This document shows, piece by piece, positions 28,795 to 41,569 of a stretch of DNA of 64,000 nt; within the stretch, counting starts at the first letter, position 1; the number at the start of each line of letters is the position of its first letter. The notes beneath the pieces were generated by a model, which worked only from the letters and a program-made list of their open reading frames with translations, did not search any database and was not told the origin of the DNA. The DNA is from Mizuhopecten yessoensis (lineage: Eukaryota), in assembly GCF_002113885.1 (NCBI RefSeq), contig NW_018408896.1, forward strand, positions 2,237,711 to 2,301,710. Reading direction: 5' to 3'. The translations under genes were made by a program, and so were the position numbers.

Positions 28795-30989
28795 TATATT
28801 CTAACAACGTCTGATCTGTCGGAATGTTCAATGTCAGTGACTGTTGTAATTCCGGTTAAGAAGCCCCTGTGTCTAGCATCTTCAGTTGCTGACGAAGGTA
28901 TACCATTGCAGTTTATTAACTTAAGTTTCCGAGTCTAAATCCAGCGTTTCCCTCTGGAATCCTATTTTAACAATAGACTAAGCCTAGCGACGGCTGGGTC
29001 AGACTGAGGGATGGGGTAACGTATCAGTCGATTTTCACCTCAGACGTATTCAGTGCACAGGAATTTAGCAATGAAAAAGCTCAATCAACATTTCTCGTAC
29101 TTTTGCATAGTCTGAACGCACGTGGACCTGGTGCTCGAAAGACAAACGGTTTCTCGAAAATAGCAAAGCCAAAAAACGATTACTCTGCGGTACAGACATG
29201 TAGCTTGTACTTCTTGCACGTTGATTTCAATCCGTGTGAGAACAAATGAAGATTATATTTAAATACACTATCACGTGTTATATTTTACTTCAATCTAGAT
29301 AGCAATAGCGCATATTCCATAGACAAAGCCATTAAGTGGCGATCTAAATCTAATAACTGTTATACATGTTTATCAAACAGAAACAAATATTGATAACATA
29401 CAAACAATATTTTCAATTGTACTTCACTTAAAACAGAATACAAAAAAATCTTTTTAAATATCTGAAAGTAAACCTATCTGTGTACGATATGTATGGCTCT
29501 ATCCGAGTTGATTTCTTTCTGAGTGAATTAAACTTTTCCTAACTATCTATGTATCTTAGAAACTCTTATTGATGATCACAGGGTAGTGTTGTACATGTAG
29601 CAATGGACAGACATTGTACTGAACGCCAGCTGAGTAAAAGGATTGACCGTTTAGAAAGGAGGCTGGGCATGCTTTCAGCGAATCCACGAACAACATCCCA
29701 GATCTAACACGTACTAGGATATATTCGATAACTAACACACATATTGTTACTGTATTCTTCTCCTTGCCTTATTTTCTCCGCCAGATAGACATTTCGGAAG
29801 TGGCCGGGCCAACTTTTCAAACCGGAAGTCCAGCATGTAACAGACATGAGCGACCACCCGCTGTACAGAGCTCGTATCGAATTGGGTTCCCTTCATTTTT
29901 TTTTTTTGCATTTTTTATTTTGTATTGGAGTCTGGAAATGTCATGAATGAACTAATTAACTGGGTTAGTTTACATACGGGTCCCGAGTTCATCCACATGG
30001 CACTGAATCATGTCTATGAATTCTGACTAAGTTTGTAAAATATGGCGCCACGCCGTCAACAAGTGCTACAGGGTCTGTGACAGCTTCCGGATCGTTTTAT
30101 CCAGGAAACTCTCCAAAACAATATCCACATTACATTCCGGTCCAATTATAGTGTCTGTCACAACCAAATCGGCGGCAATAAAATATAAACCTAACTCAAG
30201 TGTCAATACGTTACACTATACCCAACACAATACGAATAGTTTCGTTATATTTTCGCTCTCCAGAGGTTTGTAGCTATCTAACTTCCGGCGTGAAGGTCAC
30301 GTGCTCTGGCAAGCTGGCGTTTCCTGAGTCGGATAAGATTATTTATGGGCGATGTTTACATTTGTTGTAGAGTACTTATAAATGTGTCAGTCTATCAATG
30401 TGCTTTGTTTACTAAAGCATGCCTGGTGCTCGTACTGACAGAACACAGGGCTGAACGGGTCAGCGGAACCCCAGAGAATTCGGGACCAAATCACACAGAT
30501 ATCCTATGTTTATGTTAACGTAAAACATGGATACAATACATACATGATAAAATTTTGAATATTTCTTATTTTTTTTTAAACTTAATTGAGACACTGCCGC
30601 TTAGAGTCACAAGGAAGCCGGTGTCGGGGTTTAGTTTTGATGTTTGAAGGTCAAAATATCAAGGTTAATTTTAAGATCTAACACCGGTGTTCTCATGAGA
30701 CACATACGTATTACATTGTAATTCTACAATCCATATATGACGCCAAATGTTAAATCATCCGCTTTGTGTAGGGAAGCAAATGCCGATGATTCGCACTTCG
30801 ATCATGTTTTTTTGGGAGTCAAGACAAATACCACGGAAAGCTGAATGGCAATAGAATAAACACATGGGATTAACACGTGGTTCATATGAAGCCAGGTCAA
30901 GTCAACAGAGGCATCATGGAAATCTAGACAGCAATAGCGCAAAGAAATAATACCTGGTTCATATAACAACGGATGTCAAGACTGGCATC

Positions 30990-31129
30990 AGGACAAGCTA
31001 GNGGGGGGGGATGGAGGAAAATGGTGAAAATGCATGATTTTTTGAAGAAAATTCTCAGGGTGGTGGTAGTGGTGGGGGAGGAGGGGGATTGTTCCTGAAG
31101 CCCCCAAAAAACCTCTGGATCCGCCACTG
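30990..31129. mobile_element. Degenerate G-rich MITE remnant
   Basis: Right terminus CTGGATCCGCCACTG with G- and C-runs inside. The left end is decayed and there is an N at 31002. Confidence 0.35.
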
Positions 31130-31976
31130 ACTGTTTAGCAATATATGGTTCAAATGATCTTGGCACGATAGATAAAAATTGTGTTTTAGTAAAGAGAAGT
31201 ATGACTATAGAGACACCGATCAATCTAAGTCTTCCATAAACGAAACAGAAAAGATAGAAAGTCGATTCTTAATTTTGCACACATAGGTCGCCTTTACAGA
31301 AACCACATTGTTCGACTCGATTTTTTAAAACTTTGATGAAATTGATCAGGTTACTTTCTTCAATCTTCAATCTTTGCAGGGATATCTAGGTGGGTTTTAC
31401 ACAAGTACGCATGGTAGCACACGTTTATTTATAATAAATTTTCAATAGGATCCTTTTCAAGGGATCTATTGGGTATGGTCGGGGCTTCTTTGTGAAGAGA
31501 AAACGAAACCGGAAGTTGATTTATCGCCTATCTACAACTTCCTGTTATATAATTATAAGGGATAATATTGGTGGGGTTTTCATAACCAACATTATTGACT
31601 TCTAGTCATACCAGTCAGTTACGCATTGTTATATTATTTATTTCATATTTCAGGTAACTGATTGTAATATTACAATCTGGCTACTTTATGGATCTAAAAT
31701 TAAATTGAATAACACATTTCTTCCGAAAATTGAATAGTCACGAAATAAAATTATATTACACTGCAACATTTTATATCAACAAAAGGCGACTTATCACGCC
31801 AACATCATCCTAAAACATCAATGTCAGTAAAAAGTCAGGACTAATGTAACCATCCAAACCACATGCTTCGTTGAGAAAAACAGTAAGTGCATTTAACAGC
31901 AAATAAAGCATAGTAAAATTTTATCGATTTTAAGATAAATCCAGAAGACAGGTGTATACAAACACACATAACTCAC

Positions 31977-32112
31977 CTGTAATCAGAAGTCAGGGTCGGT
32001 AAGTCAAATGTTTCACCCGAGTCGCAAATCAATCAAGCTGACTTAAATCCAACATCTTGTCACACTAGGAATTTAGGGCTACCTGAAGTTTTAAAAACAG
32101 TCCGTTTCACGT
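31977..32112 (-). other. Putative distal non-coding first exon; 5' end approximate
   Basis: Consensus donor CAG|GTGAGT, last exon base 31977. TATAAAAG on the minus strand at 32135-32142 with a CA dinucleotide 30 nt downstream. Confidence 0.45.
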
Positions 32113-32134
32113 GCTGCGAGGTTTTCTCTCACAA

Positions 32135-32142
32135 CTTTTATA
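32135..32142 (-). promoter_or_regulatory. TATA box (putative promoter P1)
   Basis: Canonical TATAAAAG upstream of a consensus splice donor on the same strand. Confidence 0.4.
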
Positions 32143-33994
32143 AATCCATCGATATCTTTTCAATACAGTTCTGATTTCACCAGTTTATGTGCGAGGTGGT
32201 CAGTAGAGTGGACAGGAGTGTCCGAAGTTCATTTTTTTGTTGAAATGAACAGCCTTCCTCGGACTGCCAGGTAAACATAGCTAAACACACGACAGTTTGT
32301 AAAGAGCATTCACTAACCACCCTAGTAAATAGGACAATAATTACACATACTCCAGGTAGACTAAAATAAATAGAAATTTAAATCAGCCGGAAAAATATCT
32401 CTCGGAGATTATTTGATTTCTTCTTCCAAAGACAATATGTTGTAACCTTATTTCGCATTTAAGTCTAAAATCGTGCTTGTCCGAACAACAGAACGGATAA
32501 AAAGTCCCCTGAGAGATCAGACTGTGTCACGTGACAGGAACATGCCAGGACTGCTGGGAATAAGGTAAATCTGCTCATCAACAGAGAGGCATGGCGGACA
32601 TTGGGAAGATAAAGAGCGCGTAAGCTTGCTGATAGTACGTAGTAACCCTGGACAAGTGGGGACATTTTATCAGGTTTTATATAAACCAGATAAGATAAAT
32701 ACAATAACAAGTTATGTTAGCTGAGAATGAGGTTATTTCAAAATGGCCGTATATCATAAGAGGGTTGATTTCCATACACCATATAGCTGGCATTGATGCT
32801 TCAATTTAGAACAACCTGTTAAAATGGCAGCTATTATCGCAATATTTCGCTATGATGATAGCGTTTACATTAGAAAATTCTTAAGATGAACTGCAAGTAA
32901 AAATATTAAGTGATCAATCTTTATTTAGTTTTGATGGGCCAGCTTCCACTGTAGTGTTCAAACTTATATGAGCTATATTTGATGAAGGACTCGGGACTTG
33001 TAGATTTAGTCTCTGTATATTAATGATTACTACACGTTCTCAGTCAGGTAATTAACATTCAGACCGGAAATAGATCGTTGTCAATTATCTATTGGTAAAC
33101 GCCAATAAGCTGATTTTTTACTAGAACGTTTTTTTTAAAATTCATTTTAAAGCAGTGTGATGGTATATAGAGCCGTTTTCATGTCACATACTGTACCAAT
33201 CTGATACATTAGTCAGCCCGAGAGCTAAGCTCGAGGGCTTAAATTGGTCGAAGGTTGATACATAGTGGGTATATTTGACAGTTTCCCATTGAATACGAGC
33301 ATTTTTGACCGAGTATGCGGAATATCGTTATATAAAACAAACTTGGTATATCATGGTCTGCCATACGAGTGAAATATAAACTGTTGTCAGCCGAAAAACT
33401 ACAAAAGTTTCCATTTATTACATGTTTCAGAACTTAAAACGACGAAACTGTTACTGCGTCAAAAACTAAGAGAATAAAAACGTGATCTTTGGTGTCATGT
33501 TCTCATGACGTCGCTTCATCTGCAGATGCAGAAATATCTTTTTGGATGACACTCCATAGAAATTGCCGTTCTGATTGGTCATTACCCAAAATGAAATCTT
33601 CACAATGTGCCAATCACTTCTGATATCTGTAAATATGTGAAAAACATCACTTTTATCAATTGGATTGAAAATACATTGAAAAGGCCAATACCGCAAATAC
33701 AAGTTTGTGTTCACATTGTGCGTACAATATTGTACTTGAATGTTCCTCAATATTTTACGGGGGCTTTAGCCCAAATTAATTCCGTATGCCTTCGCACAGT
33801 AAACTGGTTCAATATGCCCGCTTCTTATAAAACTAAAATTCTGCCAACCACTACTCATCATATCCTCGTGTTAAAATTCAAATTTACTTTTAAAATTTGA
33901 CCGAACAACGATTGACGAGAAAACGACGTCGATGACAGAATAATGAAGTTAAAATAACCGTCGAGTAAAATGCCGCTAAATGTTCTGAACTCAA

Positions 33995-34267
33995 GAAACG
34001 GACAACCATAAAGGAAAGAAATTCATTAGATCAGAAAGGAAGCAGTCTGAGTCCCAGATAAATGAATCGGCAATTACAGACCATGCCACACAGAAAAATC
34101 ATGTGATTGACTGGGATAACTCCAAAGTATTTGACAGAGAGATCAATCTGTTCAAGCGACAGATAAAGGAAGCCATCTGGATACGCCGCAGTGGGTCAGG
34201 TCTAAATCGAGACGAGGGGGCTCATAGACTCTCGCACATCTATGACCAAGTACTTAACAAAGCGTAG
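33995..34267 (+). pseudogene. Penelope-like GIY-YIG endonuclease C-terminal fragment (no start codon)
   Basis: Open frame ETDNHKGKKFIRSERKQSESQINESAITDHATQKNHVIDWDNSKVFDREINLFKRQIKEAIWIRRSGSGLNRDEGAHRLSHIYDQVLNKA*. The SAITDH..NHVIDW..KEAIWIR..NRDEG motifs are typical of PLE endonuclease tails. Confidence 0.88.
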
Positions 34268-34377
34268 CTGAATCGAGTCATTTCGGTACATATATAATAA
34301 CTATTGCCGAATCGATATCGATTTTATGGACAACTCGTACACACTTTACACCGTTGTGTGCATACCCTTCATTGGTC

Positions 34378-34437
34378 TTCTGTCTGATGAATGTGACAGA
34401 TTGCATACCATAATAGTCATCGAAACGTCACATAGAA
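34378..34437 (+). ncRNA. Minimal type-I hammerhead ribozyme in the PLE pLTR
   Basis: CTGATGA (34384-34390), stem II GTGAC/GTCAT, GAAA (34422-34425), palindromic ACGT stem III, GTC cleavage triplet (34427-34429) and a short stem I TTC-TGT/ACA-ta-GAA. Confidence 0.7.
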
Positions 34438-34623
34438 ACACTTATTGGTTGTGTAACAAGAACTTTTCATAATCCATACTTTCCAACCTGAAGAAAAGGT
34501 TTAGACATGTTCTGAACTCGTTTTTGTTTCAATTCGTCGATTGTTTTATCACATCTCTTTACGTTCACGTCACAGGTACTGTTCAAACGTTTTCCTTATT
34601 GGTCGTTACATATATATATATAC

Positions 34624-34786
34624 ATCACTAGCCCTCCACCACTGGGTCGAGGGTTCGATGCCTACGTGAGGCAGTCGCCAGGTACACTCCACAGGTCGAT
34701 GTTTTTTCTTCGGGTACTCCGCTTTCCTCCTCCATCAAAACCTGGCACGTTGTTACATGACCATAGCTGTTAATAGGACGTAAAAC
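34624..34786 (+). mobile_element. tRNA-derived SINE with V-domain-like core, 5'-truncated
   Basis: Box B GGTTCGATGCC (34652-34662), core CGGGTACTCCGCTTTCCTCC and tail GCTGTTAATAGGACGTAAAAC. Confidence 0.7.
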
Positions 34787-36521
34787 ACTATCTAGGGATA
34801 GTCTTTTGAATTTTGGGATTCAAGTTGGCCGCCTTGGACTCTGATTGGCAGATATTAGCAATAACGGTTAAACCTCGAGACTTACCAAGTCAGTTTTCTT
34901 CTGTGTTGTGGAACTAGACATAAGGAGTATACTTTTCGTAGATTTAACGACTTTTAAATTTCGAGATTCAATATGGCTGCCGTGGCCTCTGATTGGCGGA
35001 TTTACGCCCGTTGACCATAAGGTAAATTTCATTGATCGGATTCGAATGCCATTTTCGTGACGCATCATTTCCGATTGCAGAGGGACATTGTAACAGACGT
35101 GGTAACATTGTACAGGTTGTATTGGATTGATTGCGACTAACACTAATAAATCCGGATATAAATGCTCTGGATTGTTTAAAAAAAAACCACACCAATAACC
35201 CAATACTCGGAAAATATTCAGATTTCCGACTTTAATACAGTGATACATACACAATCTACATGTGATTATGAACGTTCTTCGTGGCACACCGAAAAAAAAC
35301 CCCGGTATTTCGGTGGTTATTTAGAAACAGATCTATCCGGAGTAAGCAGTAGCATAAGCCTTTCTGCCTAAAAAGAAAACAAAAACGAAAACCGGGATTC
35401 CCTTTTACAGTCTCATTCAAGGGGAGGTTACTATTGGTCTATTTGTGTAGTATTTGCTATTTAACACTCTGGTGCCCCGTACACGTGTTTAGCCACTTAC
35501 CGTCACCAGGAATACATTGCTTGCAATATGAATTGCCTGAAGCTTAAGCACATAAACCCGAAAAGCTTGATATCCAATCAAAGCGCCTTTACAGGCCTAA
35601 ATGAGATATAGCGTCCAGTGGTTCCCAGCCGTATAAAACCCTAACAGCCGCGCTATGGGAAAGTAATCTGGGGTTTGTCATCCATCTTTCCGTAAATTAA
35701 AACTGCTGCTGTATTGTATTCGAAATAAATTGCTCTTAACGATCTAAAATATTAGGTATGACATCATAGCGATACACTAAATGTCGACATGGAGGTTTAA
35801 TAATTTTCTGATATATTAGCCTTACTGATATAATGAAATCCGCATTTCGAATTTAAAGAAATGAAATTGCAAAAGATAATCCTACGTATTCTGGCTTTTT
35901 ATTAAATATTTGTTACAATGCTTTCATTATCCAAGATAAACACTGCAAGCGGAGTCGTAACCCTCCTTGATCCTAGCCGAGAACAAATTAAATTTGAAAA
36001 CCGCTCCGGACCTTTTTCCGGTGCAGATATTGGTCCCAAAACGGAAGCTTGTGTGCAATTCTTTTCTTGTACTTGTCAAAAACAGACAAACTGATTTTAA
36101 ATTAAATCGTTCAGATTAGGTCGACGGATATTTAATTAGTCTGGCAGATTTGTTAGATTAGAAAAATGTGCCGTTGTCAAGGCTGGAACAGTGCTTGATA
36201 AATTTTGTCGTTTTTGTAATAGTTATTTTTTAGGGTAATAAATTAAACGACAATACTACGCTTATTCCTGCGTACATACAATTTCATAAACCCTGGATAT
36301 TGACAACAGTAGTTGGCACAGCCGAGGAAATAAAAGAGTTGCTTAGTCATCTTGTTTGAAAAAAAATGGACGGTAAATTGCGGTGTTTCAGTTACTGGTC
36401 AGAGCCGATGCCGTATCCACATGTAGGTTTACCTGCACTCAGTGGTTAGAAGGTTGCTTGATGGCTAAATTTATTTTCATCATGTATAAATATGGCGGTC
36501 GGTCTACTTCCTGTTTACTAG

Positions 36522-36932
36522 GGGCGCATCTCCGTATGAGATTTCGTGAGCATCTCTGTATAGGATTTTTGGATCGTCTCCATATTGGATTTGGGAAGCA
36601 TTCCTAAATTTAATTTTGGGAGCGTCTCAATATGAGATCGGGAAGCGTATCGGATGTTAAGGATATTGGGAGCGTTTTCGCATAGGATTTGATGAGCGTC
36701 CCCATGTAGGATTTGAGGAGCGTCTCCGTGTAGGATTTGAGGAGCGTCTCCGTGTAGGATTTGAGGAGCGTCTCCGTGTAGGACTTGATGAACGTCTCCG
36801 TGTAGGATTTGAGGAGCGTCTCCGTGTAGGATTTGAGGAGCGTCTCCGTGTAGGATTTGAGGAGCGTCTCCCTATAGGATGAATAGAGCGTCAGGGTATT
36901 GGATTTGAGGAGCGTCTCCGTATAGGATTTGG
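36522..36932. repeat. 24-bp minisatellite (TAGGATTTGAGGAGCGTCTCCGTG)n
   Basis: Near-perfect copies at 36707-36875 with degenerate flanks. It produces the SYTETLLK pseudo-ORF. Confidence 0.93.
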
Positions 36933-38724
36933 TACTTAGCATGGGCTATCATTATCATAGAACTAGTGCATCATGATTTATGACATAATTCTTTCATATA
37001 TTATCGATCTGCATAAGTTTTTTTTAGGCACTATCATTTCGTGAACATTTGCTTTTGAGGTTTTAACAAGAACCTATACCTTGCAACAACAGTATAATGT
37101 TCCTGTTATCTCGTGCTTCGCAAATGGTACACCTCCCAAATAAATGGGTATTAAACCTATGACGAAATGTAAGTGGTGGTTTGCACATCGTTAACGTTTG
37201 GCTGGAGTAGGTATCGCTATCTTTACCTTTACCCCCCGCTAAACGTGACCATTTTGACACCAACAGAGTATCCATTATCACTATTTGGCCCTGTACGACG
37301 GTTTTGTGTTGATGGGCTTTTAAAACATTTCCAATTAATCAGTGTTTGTGTATGTAACGAGACACAGCGTCACCTTCACTCAGCGGCTGTGACGCCAATT
37401 CTGTATTATGATGCATCACATGTTCTGAATCTGTGATCGCTTCATTGAGCGGCTGTCAGATGGCAATCATAGCGAATATGTGTTCCATCTTCATAACAGG
37501 AACATTGCATAAAGAAGATGCACGTTTAAGTTGTCTGTAACGAATTGTTAATAATATTAATTGTCATGAGATATGAAGGAATCACCCACTAAAGCATGTT
37601 TGGTTTGTATCATTGTTATTGAATTATTGGTATCACCCACCGAAACTCAATAATTAGTTTGTATGTCATTGTAGTCAAACTATAGGTATCGTCCACCAAA
37701 ACTGGGTAGTAATATCATATTTTAGCAGTGTCGAGTCAGGACTTCAAATCATGTTATTACAGTAAAAAGACACAATTATGTAATTGCATCATACTCTGTC
37801 TTCACTGTCAGTAAGTACACCAGTATGTCTCGTTACATAACCTGTCTAAACGTGACGTATTAATATAAAGCACGTGCTTTTGAAGGTGACTTTTACAAGT
37901 GACACGCATATATGTGAATGTCGGAGGTAAGACACTTTAAAAGGAACGCGGTTTTAAATTGAGATGTATACCAGTAAGCACGCAATGTTGTCTAGTATAT
38001 GAAATGGAATACAGCATGAAAGAACAAAACAATGTTGAGGACAGAGCTTTGAAATCAACAGCAATGTTCAACATACCTCCGTGTATCGATTTACGGATCA
38101 GACGGAATCCGGAATTCAAGACACGCTACCGATTCGTTTATTGAATATTGAAGCCAAAAGAGAGTTCCGGGATTCTAGACACGTTACTGTTTCTTTTATT
38201 AGATATGATGGACGCCAAAGAAGACATAGATCTTCTCAGAGAAAACAATAACAGCACATATCCCAGTCAGTCGGGTTCTGTACAGTCGGATGGCGTGATG
38301 TCGGTTCACGTTTGAATTAAATACTGAAGTGAAGAGACTTCAGTCCTTAGTGCTAGTGATAGGTAAATAGGTGTATTGAAAAAAAAAGGTTGAAAGCAAA
38401 GACGATGCATTATAGATCACGCTTTAACTTTTATATAATTTTCTATCACGCTTTAACTTTATATAATTTTCTTGTTTTATCTTTTAAATCACGCACTGTT
38501 AAGTGATTTTTTAACATTTCGATCAATATACTGGTATATGGATAACACTTACAGCAAATATATCGTCAAGATGTATATGCAAGCTTCGTGACTCATTAAG
38601 CTCATAATGTATTGTCTTTGAAGGACTAAAGAGTTCTTCTCAAAAAGTAAATGGCATTTACACTCAAAAATAGTAAAATATATAAATATTATATGATGGT
38701 GTATCTGGAACTTTGAAAGGAAGT

Positions 38725-38802
38725 GACACAACTTATGAAAGAAAGGGACAAAACTCATGAAAGAAGGGGACACAACTCATGAAAGGAAGGAATTCAACTC
38801 AT
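38725..38802. repeat. ~22-bp tandem repeat x~4
   Basis: ACACAACT(T/C)ATGAAAGAA(A/G)GGG units. Confidence 0.7.
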
Positions 38803-40499
38803 TAGTATGGGGATATAACTAAAAATAGGACATACCTCGAATATACGTCATTCTATACGAAAACTATATACATATTTTGACATGAAAGAGCAGAATGCGA
38901 ACAACCGGCCTCTTTCGGTCCACTTCCGATCTCGCTTTCCTCTCCTTTTTGATTTGCTGTCTGTTTTCAACTCACATTTTTTTCATTGTATATGGTTATT
39001 CTGCATGCTGAGAGAAAAACAACACAAATTGATGTTTTGATATTCTAGAAAGGAAACTACGGCATTTATATAAAACTGCATTTCACGAGAATAAATCAAC
39101 AACCAAGACGACAGAATAATGTATCGAAACAAAGGTTGGTCGGATGTTGGTATAATCGAGATAGATTTATTCAATTTCTAAAACCAGATCACACCTGCTT
39201 TTACAATTGAAGCAATATCTCACTACAGATAATAACGCATTTTGTGAAATCGTTCTTGAAACAAGCCAACAAGAATGGGCAAATGCATTACATGCAAAGG
39301 ACCGTGTAGGGTCGTTAAACAGAGCTGGACATACACTGAACCACTGTCGACTAGAAACACACAATGCCTCGTACTTCTTTGTAATATAAAGGATATTGTT
39401 GACCTTATACCAATCACTTCACACTCGGTCTTCTGTTATGCAGATTACAATACCTCACCTCTGTGACGTCAGACTTAAAACAATGGAAGAAGACAATAGA
39501 AATAAACTATAGACTCGTTTTATAAGAATTGAAAATCATCAAATATTTAATAAATTGGCATACTTTGCCAATCTTCGTATTATTTTATCAACAAATTTAA
39601 ACGTGAAAAACCGCTTTTACAAACAAAACCTTGCAGTCTATCGTCGACCTACATAAGTGTTTGAGATCCGAGTTTGCAATCCTAGAGATGTAGTTAATTG
39701 TTTATCACTTGGTCGTACGGACAGCTATCACCACTGATATAATCATTGCATGTCACAGTCAGAGTCGACAGTTTTGTTATGACATTTCGCTCTATGCACC
39801 CTAGACATGTAACATATTTTCGGCAAAATCTGCAGATTAGTAGAAATATATTATGTTTTCTTATAAAGGGGAGAATTCTGCTGTAGCGATTTGACCAGGT
39901 GGTCTCCCGTCCCCTCAGTATAACCACAGTTTACATACTCGAGGAGGGGCAGCTTGGCAGATGACATACACGAATAAACAGTCTTTGTCGATATCGAGGC
40001 CAAGGAATCCTGACTTCAGCACCGATAGCTGGCATAACTTTTTATTTTAAACACGCGAAGATAATTTCAATAAAATATAAACATGTTTTTGTCAATCTAA
40101 ATGCAATAAAATCCCATATTGATGAACATTTTCTTTATTATTTTGATATGTTTTAATAGTTTATCAGATTTTACACCCTATTTAAAGCGCACAATGCTTC
40201 AGAAGCCCAAGTCCAAATTCTGGACGACTCGAGTGTTAGGTAAACTGTGGGAATATTGGGTATGGCCAGGGGTCGGACGGGGCGGAAACGCGGCCTTATT
40301 GTGTTTACTTTTCAAAAGGACGCAAGGTTGTAGAAAGTCTGGGTACGAATGCATCTTGACAGAAGAATGTGCAGTTTTTGAAGACACAGTGCGTCTAGGC
40401 GCAGTATATACTAAATGCTATTGTGATGCATTCAGACACGTTGATCATTAGAAGATAATTCCTGTGGGAACTCTATCGTTATTAATCTCTATAACACTA

Positions 40500-41135
40500 G
40501 GGGTTAAATGACAAAGTGCGTCTTGCAGCATGGTTGATGCGTGTTTTGTGAACGCAATGCGTGTGAACACGAGGCTGTACAATGTTTGGGAGATGAAGGG
40601 CGTCAGAACACAAGTTTGTACAATATGTAGGGGTGTAGTATTGTCTGAACGCGAACTCGACAGTGTTGTGGGAAGCAGTGCGTCTTAACGCGAGATTGAC
40701 AGTGTTTGGAGATGCAGTCTGAACGCGAGGTTGTATAGTGTTTGGAGATGGGGGGAGAGGCCGGGGGGAGGAGGGCGTCTGAACACGAGGTTGTACAGTG
40801 GGAGATGCAGTACGTCTGAACGAGGTTGCTAGTGTTATGCAGTAATAATGGAATGTAGTGTGTGTGGTTATGCTGTGATAAAGGACACGAACTTCAGTAA
40901 TGTTTCCGGGAAGCATAACGTCTGAACGCAATATTCAGCAATGGTTTCGGTATGCAGCACGTCTGGACGCAATATTCAGCAATGGTTTCGGAATGCAGCA
41001 CGTCTGAACGCAATATTAAGCACTGGTTTCGGTATGCAGCACGTCTGGACGCAATATTAAGCACTGGTTTCGGTATCCAGCACGTCTCGACGCAATATTA
41101 AGCACTGGTTTCGGTATCCAGCACGTCTCGACGCA
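40500..41135. repeat. 41-bp minisatellite (homogeneous 40920-41135, degenerate to the left)
   Basis: GCAATATT(C/A)AGCA(A/C)TGGTTTCGGTAT(G/C)CAGCACGTCT..AC x5. Related CGTCTGAACGCGA units lie upstream. Confidence 0.88.
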
Positions 41136-41264
41136 AGCTGTTGCAATGTTTGGTGATTGGGGATGGATCGCGAACGGACGCGATGTGGTACTGTCTTTGT
41201 GAGACGTAATATGTGTGCATACGAGTTTGTGATGTATTTTATATAAAAAAAAGAAATGGGGGGG

Positions 41265-41298
41265 NNNNNNNNNNNNNNNNNNNNNNNNNNNNNNNNNN
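41265..41298. other. Assembly gap (34 N) within a poly-G tract
   Basis: Run of N flanked by G-runs. Confidence 0.98.
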
Positions 41299-41569
41299 GG
41301 GGGGGTGCAGGGGGGACTGCGTACATTTTACAGTACCATCATGTTCCTCTTAGTTGCAAAACTACATGTATACAATTTATTTGGAAAAAGCGAAAGGTTG
41401 CATTTATTCTTTTATGAATAAATTATGAACACAAAACATTGTACTTCTGCAACCTTCGTCGTGCTACCGATATTGATACTCTTTCATAAAACTTATATTC
41501 CTGATTAGTCGTTTGGAATACTATTACATTAAACATCAAATGCAAAAACACATAACCGAGACACATTAA

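Larger units (their letters stand above)
33993..34506 (+). mobile_element. 5'-truncated Penelope-like element (GIY-YIG C-terminus plus pLTR) with 13-bp TSD
   Basis: ATGTTCTGAACTC is duplicated at 33980-33992 and 34507-34519. The insert contains an endonuclease-tail reading frame and a hammerhead motif. Confidence 0.88.

Noticed and set aside
36610-36942. (SYTETLLK)n ORF
   Set aside because: It stays open only because the 24-bp repeat unit lacks stops in that frame; there is no other gene evidence.
39167-39418. ~84-codon Cys-containing minus-strand open frame
   Set aside because: It is bounded by stops, with no ATG, splice acceptor or recognisable motif.
40119-40451. 110-aa ORF with a hydrophobic N-terminus
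   Set aside because: The hydrophobicity reflects T-rich DNA; there is no domain, and it runs into the degenerate satellite.
40920-41135. CRISPR-like appearance of the regular arrays (also 62738-63143)
   Set aside because: The units are head-to-tail with no unique spacers, there are no cas genes, and the context is eukaryotic.
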